NCBI GenBank assembly: GCA_043820105.1
Contig: JBDREC010000010.1
Location: 1-64,000, forward strand
Length of the DNA: 64,000 bases
Reading direction: 5' to 3'
Source of the DNA: Pseudomonadota bacterium
GTDB taxonomy: Bacteria > Bdellovibrionota_F > JAHFAK01 > JBDREC01
In this document: positions 60,388-64,000 of the stretch, piece after piece
How the letters are laid out: every line of letters starts with the position of its first letter
Position numbering within the stretch: position 1 is the stretch's first letter
The notes under the pieces: generated by a model
The model's input: only the letters and a program-made list of their open reading frames with translations
Told to the model about the DNA's origin: nothing
Databases searched by the model: none
Made by a program: the position numbers and the translations under genes

Positions 60388-61839
60388 ATGGACATGATTA
60401 AAGTTAAAAGAAAAGGTGATATTTTTAAAGGTGATTCGTCAAGGGTTATTGCAAAATTCTTTTCTTGCGGAGGAAGAAAAAGGAAAAAAAGAATTATTGG
60501 TCAAATTCTGAAACTTAGTGACGGAGACAGTAAAAAATTATTAAAATCCGTTCTTGAAGATTTTTCAGATAGGCACCATAATATTGAAGATATTTTATTG
60601 GATCATTATTTACGAGTTGAAAAACATCTTTCTGAAGACATTAAATTATCAAAATATCGCAAACTTTTAATTGGGTCTTATTTCACACACGAATATTCCA
60701 TAGAATCTGCTGCTCTTTTTAATCCATCAATCGTTCCACATCCAAATCAAAAAAATCTTAATGAAAATTCATTGAGAATTATTTTGAGTTTTCGTGGTGT
60801 AGGTGAAGGTCACGTTTCTTCTGTTGTTTTTAGAAGTGGTGTTTTAGATAAAAATAATAATATTATTATAGATACGGTAAGTCCCTATGTAGAAACTCCA
60901 ACAGTTAGTTTAAATCCTTCTTTTAGTAAACATACCTTTTTATTAAAATTAGAAGAATTGGGAGCAAAAAATTACATCTCAGATGAAATATTCAAAAAAT
61001 TACCAACACAATTTAGTTTTGGTCAGTTGAATGATGCTATAATAAAATTAAAAATAGAATTTAGAGGATCTGTTATTTTTTTAAAAACGAAGGATGTAAT
61101 TGATTTTATATCTCAATCAAACTATGAGGAAACTTTTAGAAAGGAATCTGACATATCAGAAAGAGTTATTTTTCCAGTTATAGAAGATGAAAGCAATGGC
61201 ATAGAAGACGCGCGCTTCGTTTTATTTACAGACGATAATGGTAAAAAGAAATATTATGCAACATATACTGCTTATGACGGGCGAACAATTTTCCCAATGC
61301 TACTTGAAACAAACGATTTTCTAACTTTCAAAATATGTACCTTAAATGGAGAAGCATCGAAAGACAAGGGAATGGCCTTGTTTCCCAGAAAAATAAATAA
61401 ACAATACACAATGATTTCAAGAATAGATAAAGAGAACATTTATATCATGCAATCGAATAATATTCACTTCTGGAATGAAGCCAAACTATTACAAACCCCA
61501 AAATATGACTGGCAGTTTATTCAGATCGGAAATTGCGGATCTCCGATTGAAACAAAAGAAGGCTGGCTGCTTTTGACTCACGGGGTTGGCCCCTTAAGAA
61601 AATATTGTATAGGTGCCATGTTATTAGATCTTGAAAATCCAGCAAAAGTCATTGGACAGCTTGAAAAACCTCTTATATCGCCCAATGAATATGAAAGAGA
61701 AGGATATGTGCCAAATGTTGTTTATACTTGTGGTGCTTTATTACATAATGAAACATTGGTCATACCTTATGCTGTGTCTGATACAGCTTCAGGGATCGTT
61801 ACAATTCAACTGGAAGATTTACTAAATAAACTTAAATAA
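60388..61839 (+). CDS. Long-form GH130-related glycosidase
   Basis: EYSIESAALFNPS, GEGHVSS, GIEDARF, YYATYTAYDG, GNCGSP, REGYVPNVVYTCG. Confidence 0.88.
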   Translation: MDMIKVKRKGDIFKGDSSRVIAKFFSCGGRKRKKRIIGQILKLSDGDSKKLLKSVLEDFSDRHHNIEDILLDHYLRVEKHLSEDIKLSKYRKLLIGSYFTHEYSIESAALFNPSIVPHPNQKNLNENSLRIILSFRGVGEGHVSSVVFRSGVLDKNNNIIIDTVSPYVETPTVSLNPSFSKHTFLLKLEELGAKNYISDEIFKKLPTQFSFGQLNDAIIKLKIEFRGSVIFLKTKDVIDFISQSNYEETFRKESDISERVIFPVIEDESNGIEDARFVLFTDDNGKKKYYATYTAYDGRTIFPMLLETNDFLTFKICTLNGEASKDKGMALFPRKINKQYTMISRIDKENIYIMQSNNIHFWNEAKLLQTPKYDWQFIQIGNCGSPIETKEGWLLLTHGVGPLRKYCIGAMLLDLENPAKVIGQLEKPLISPNEYEREGYVPNVVYTCGALLHNETLVIPYAVSDTASGIVTIQLEDLLNKLK

Positions 61840-61953
61840 TGATAAAAATAAAATTTGTTGAAAATTAAATAAAAATCTATAATAATTTAATAAATTATTT
61901 GTAGATTAATATTTCTAAATAATAACATGCTTAATAAAAACAAGGAGAACAAT

Positions 61954-62076
61954 ATGGCAAAGGGAAAAGACAAAGGTAGCGATAAAGACAAAGAAAAAAA
62001 TAAGCCTAAATCAAAGAATAGTATCAAAGAAAAAAGAAAATTAAAACAAGAAAAGCTTAAAAATAAAAACTCTTAA
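61954..62076 (+). CDS. Small Lys-rich protein (40 aa)
   Basis: AAGGAG RBS; MAKGKDKGSDKDKEKNKPKSKNSIKEKRKLKQEKLKNKNS. Confidence 0.65.
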   Translation: MAKGKDKGSDKDKEKNKPKSKNSIKEKRKLKQEKLKNKNS

Positions 62077-62174
62077 TGCACATATATCAGAGGCCTTACT
62101 GCACTTTATCATAATTTTTTCTATTATTTTAAAAACATTAATATTTTAATATGCTCTTATTATGCTGATTTTAC

Positions 62175-62203
62175 TTGTAATTAAGAAAGATCTCGGCTAT
62201 AAG
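62175..62203 (+). promoter_or_regulatory. Candidate sigma70 promoter for the helicase gene
   Basis: TTGTAA-N17-TATAAG. Confidence 0.4.
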
Positions 62204-62490
62204 CACTTATCTTGAATCTTTTACAAGCTTCGGGATATATCCAAAACCTCACTAGTCCTTCCTATAAAATGCGAACTGGGCTCGTTTGAGTTGAGTTTGT
62301 TGCCTTTAAATTCTGCCAAGGCTTAAACCAAACAATATTTTTCACAGCAATTTTTGTGTGAAATGTTTTGTAAACTTTTGGAATTTTTGTGCAGTTTATA
62401 AAACTTTAATTATATATCAGGTGGATTATATCCATTTGGGATAAAGATTTAATAAAATCCCCCAAAAACCTGATCAGGAGAAATGTATTT

Positions 62491-63861
62491 ATGTCATTTA
62501 ACAAATTAGGTCTATCGAGTGAGCTTATGCAGTCAGTAAAGGAACAAGGCTACACAACTCCCACTCCGATACAAATGAAAACTATCCCAGCTATTTTAAA
62601 CAAACAAGATGTCATGGGAAGATCACAAACAGGAACCGGTAAAACAGCTGGTTTTGCATTACCCTTACTACAGCGCTTAATATCAGAAAAAAAAGAAACA
62701 GGTAGCAAACGAAACATCAGAGCTCTTATCGTAACGCCTACCCGAGAACTTGCAGCACAAGTCTGTAAAAGCATCAAAACTTATGGAAGGCATTTACCTT
62801 TACGCTGCAGTGTAGTCTTTGGAGGTATTAGTATCAATCCTCAGATTCATGAACTTCGCAGGGGAGTCGATATCCTGGTCGCAACACCTGGTCGTTTGCT
62901 TGATCACGTGGGTCAGGGAACTGTCGATCTTTCAAAAATCGATATATTAATTCTTGATGAAGCAGATCGCATGCTTGATATGGGTTTTATCCCTGATATC
63001 AAAAGAATTATTGCCTTAATGCCTTTAAAGCGACAAAATCTTTTATTTTCAGCAACTTTTTCAAAAGAAATCAAAAAGCTCGCAATGGGCTTTTTGAAAA
63101 ACCCAGTTATAATAGAAGTTGATCCTGAAAACGCTGCCGCAGAACTAGTAACTCAAGTTGTACATCATGTTGATAAAAGACGTAAAAAAGATTTATTATC
63201 ACACCTCATTGATTCAAAAAAATGGGAAAGAGTTCTTGTTTTTACTAGAACCAAACATGGAGCTAATCGTTTAGCAAAACAGCTCGACCAGGATGGAATA
63301 AGTTCTATTGCGATTCATGGTAACAAATCACAAGGTGCCAGAACAAGAGCTTTAGATTTGTTTAAAAAAGAAGCTGTCAAAGTATTAGTAGCTACAGACA
63401 TTGCTGCTCGCGGACTTGATATTCAACAACTGCCACATGTGGTAAATTATGATCTGCCCAATATTCCTGAAGATTATGTTCATCGAATTGGACGCACAGG
63501 AAGAGCTGGTCATGAAGGTGAAGCTTTGTCCTTAGTAAGTGTTGATGAAATGTCCTTTTTAAGAAACATTGAAAAAATGCTTAAAATAAGCATCCCAAAA
63601 ATAAAACTTAAAGGCTATGAACCAGATCCTTCTATAAAAGCAGAACTGCTTTCAAGAAGAGGAAGTGGAACAAGCAATAGACCATTCAATGCTTCAAGAA
63701 TAAATCCCAGACCAGGAAGCACAGAAAGAAAAGAAAGCAGAGACTCAAGATTTCCTGAAACCGGACAATCAAAAGCTTACTGGGGAAATAGAAACAAGAC
63801 ACAAAACTCAAGACGTAGATTTGGCAAAGGCACTGCAAATTCCCGCTCTCAGGTTGCTTGA
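62491..63861 (+). CDS. rhlE: DEAD-box RNA helicase, RhlE-like
   Basis: [54 protein letters not shown], basic tail. Confidence 0.88.
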   Translation: MSFNKLGLSSELMQSVKEQGYTTPTPIQMKTIPAILNKQDVMGRSQTGTGKTAGFALPLLQRLISEKKETGSKRNIRALIVTPTRELAAQVCKSIKTYGRHLPLRCSVVFGGISINPQIHELRRGVDILVATPGRLLDHVGQGTVDLSKIDILILDEADRMLDMGFIPDIKRIIALMPLKRQNLLFSATFSKEIKKLAMGFLKNPVIIEVDPENAAAELVTQVVHHVDKRRKKDLLSHLIDSKKWERVLVFTRTKHGANRLAKQLDQDGISSIAIHGNKSQGARTRALDLFKKEAVKVLVATDIAARGLDIQQLPHVVNYDLPNIPEDYVHRIGRTGRAGHEGEALSLVSVDEMSFLRNIEKMLKISIPKIKLKGYEPDPSIKAELLSRRGSGTSNRPFNASRINPRPGSTERKESRDSRFPETGQSKAYWGNRNKTQNSRRRFGKGTANSRSQVA

Positions 63862-63876
63862 AAATAGAAACAACCT

Positions 63877-64000
63877 TTAAGGCTCTTTTTTCACAATAAA
63901 TCGATTAAGTGCATTTGCAAAATCAGCTTTGTTTTTAGCGCTATATGGCGCTGGTCCAGAACTTTGTATACCATCAGTTCTTAGTTCTTCCAAAAGATTT
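63877..64000 (-). CDS. 3' end of a YaiI/YqxD (DUF188) family gene; continues beyond the window
   Basis: NLLEELRTDGIQSSGPAPYSAKNKADFANALNRFIVKKEP*. Confidence 0.7.
   Translation of the reverse strand, partial: NLLEELRTDGIQSSGPAPYSAKNKADFANALNRFIVKKEP

Noticed and set aside
1-64000. Alternative genetic code (TGA as sense)
   Set aside because: TGA terminates several well-supported genes (transposase, YitT, hipA, GT4, RhlE-like) at expected lengths
1-64000. tRNA or rRNA genes
   Set aside because: None recognised by eye; tRNAscan/Infernal were not run

Overview
AT-rich (roughly 30% GC by eye) bacterial chromosome segment, probably from a delta-proteobacteria-like lineage. That placement is an inference from the RdgC-like gene pair, an NtrC-type regulator and many sigma54 -24/-12 motifs. 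Housekeeping genes (leuS, EndoQ-like nuclease, hemB, tdk, xth, two DEAD-box helicases, RND/TolC, Ca/Na antiporter, YitT, beta-CASP nuclease) alternate with accessory stretches. The accessory content is a RAYT-like HUH transposase, an ECF sigma/anti-sigma/caspase-like operon, three toxin-antitoxin-like pairs, many orphan secreted proteins (JAB-like, calpain-like, Hint and a paralog array), IS/MITE debris, short tandem repeats and a GT4/GH130 operon. Best leads: (1) three homologous small peptides with a YxxP leader and repeated CxxG motifs (1046-1291, 43772-44089, 44276-44410), two of them missed by the ORF track and next to a DUF512-like remnant, suggesting a dispersed radical-SAM RiPP system; (2) a candidate sigma54-driven small RNA with an anti-Shine-Dalgarno/anti-start-codon seed; (3) a mobile element present both empty and cargo-filled (48771-48872 vs 50629-51390); (4) three secreted-protein genes frameshifted at 8-nt homopolymers inside their signal peptides. 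All family assignments come from motif recognition by eye, not database searches.
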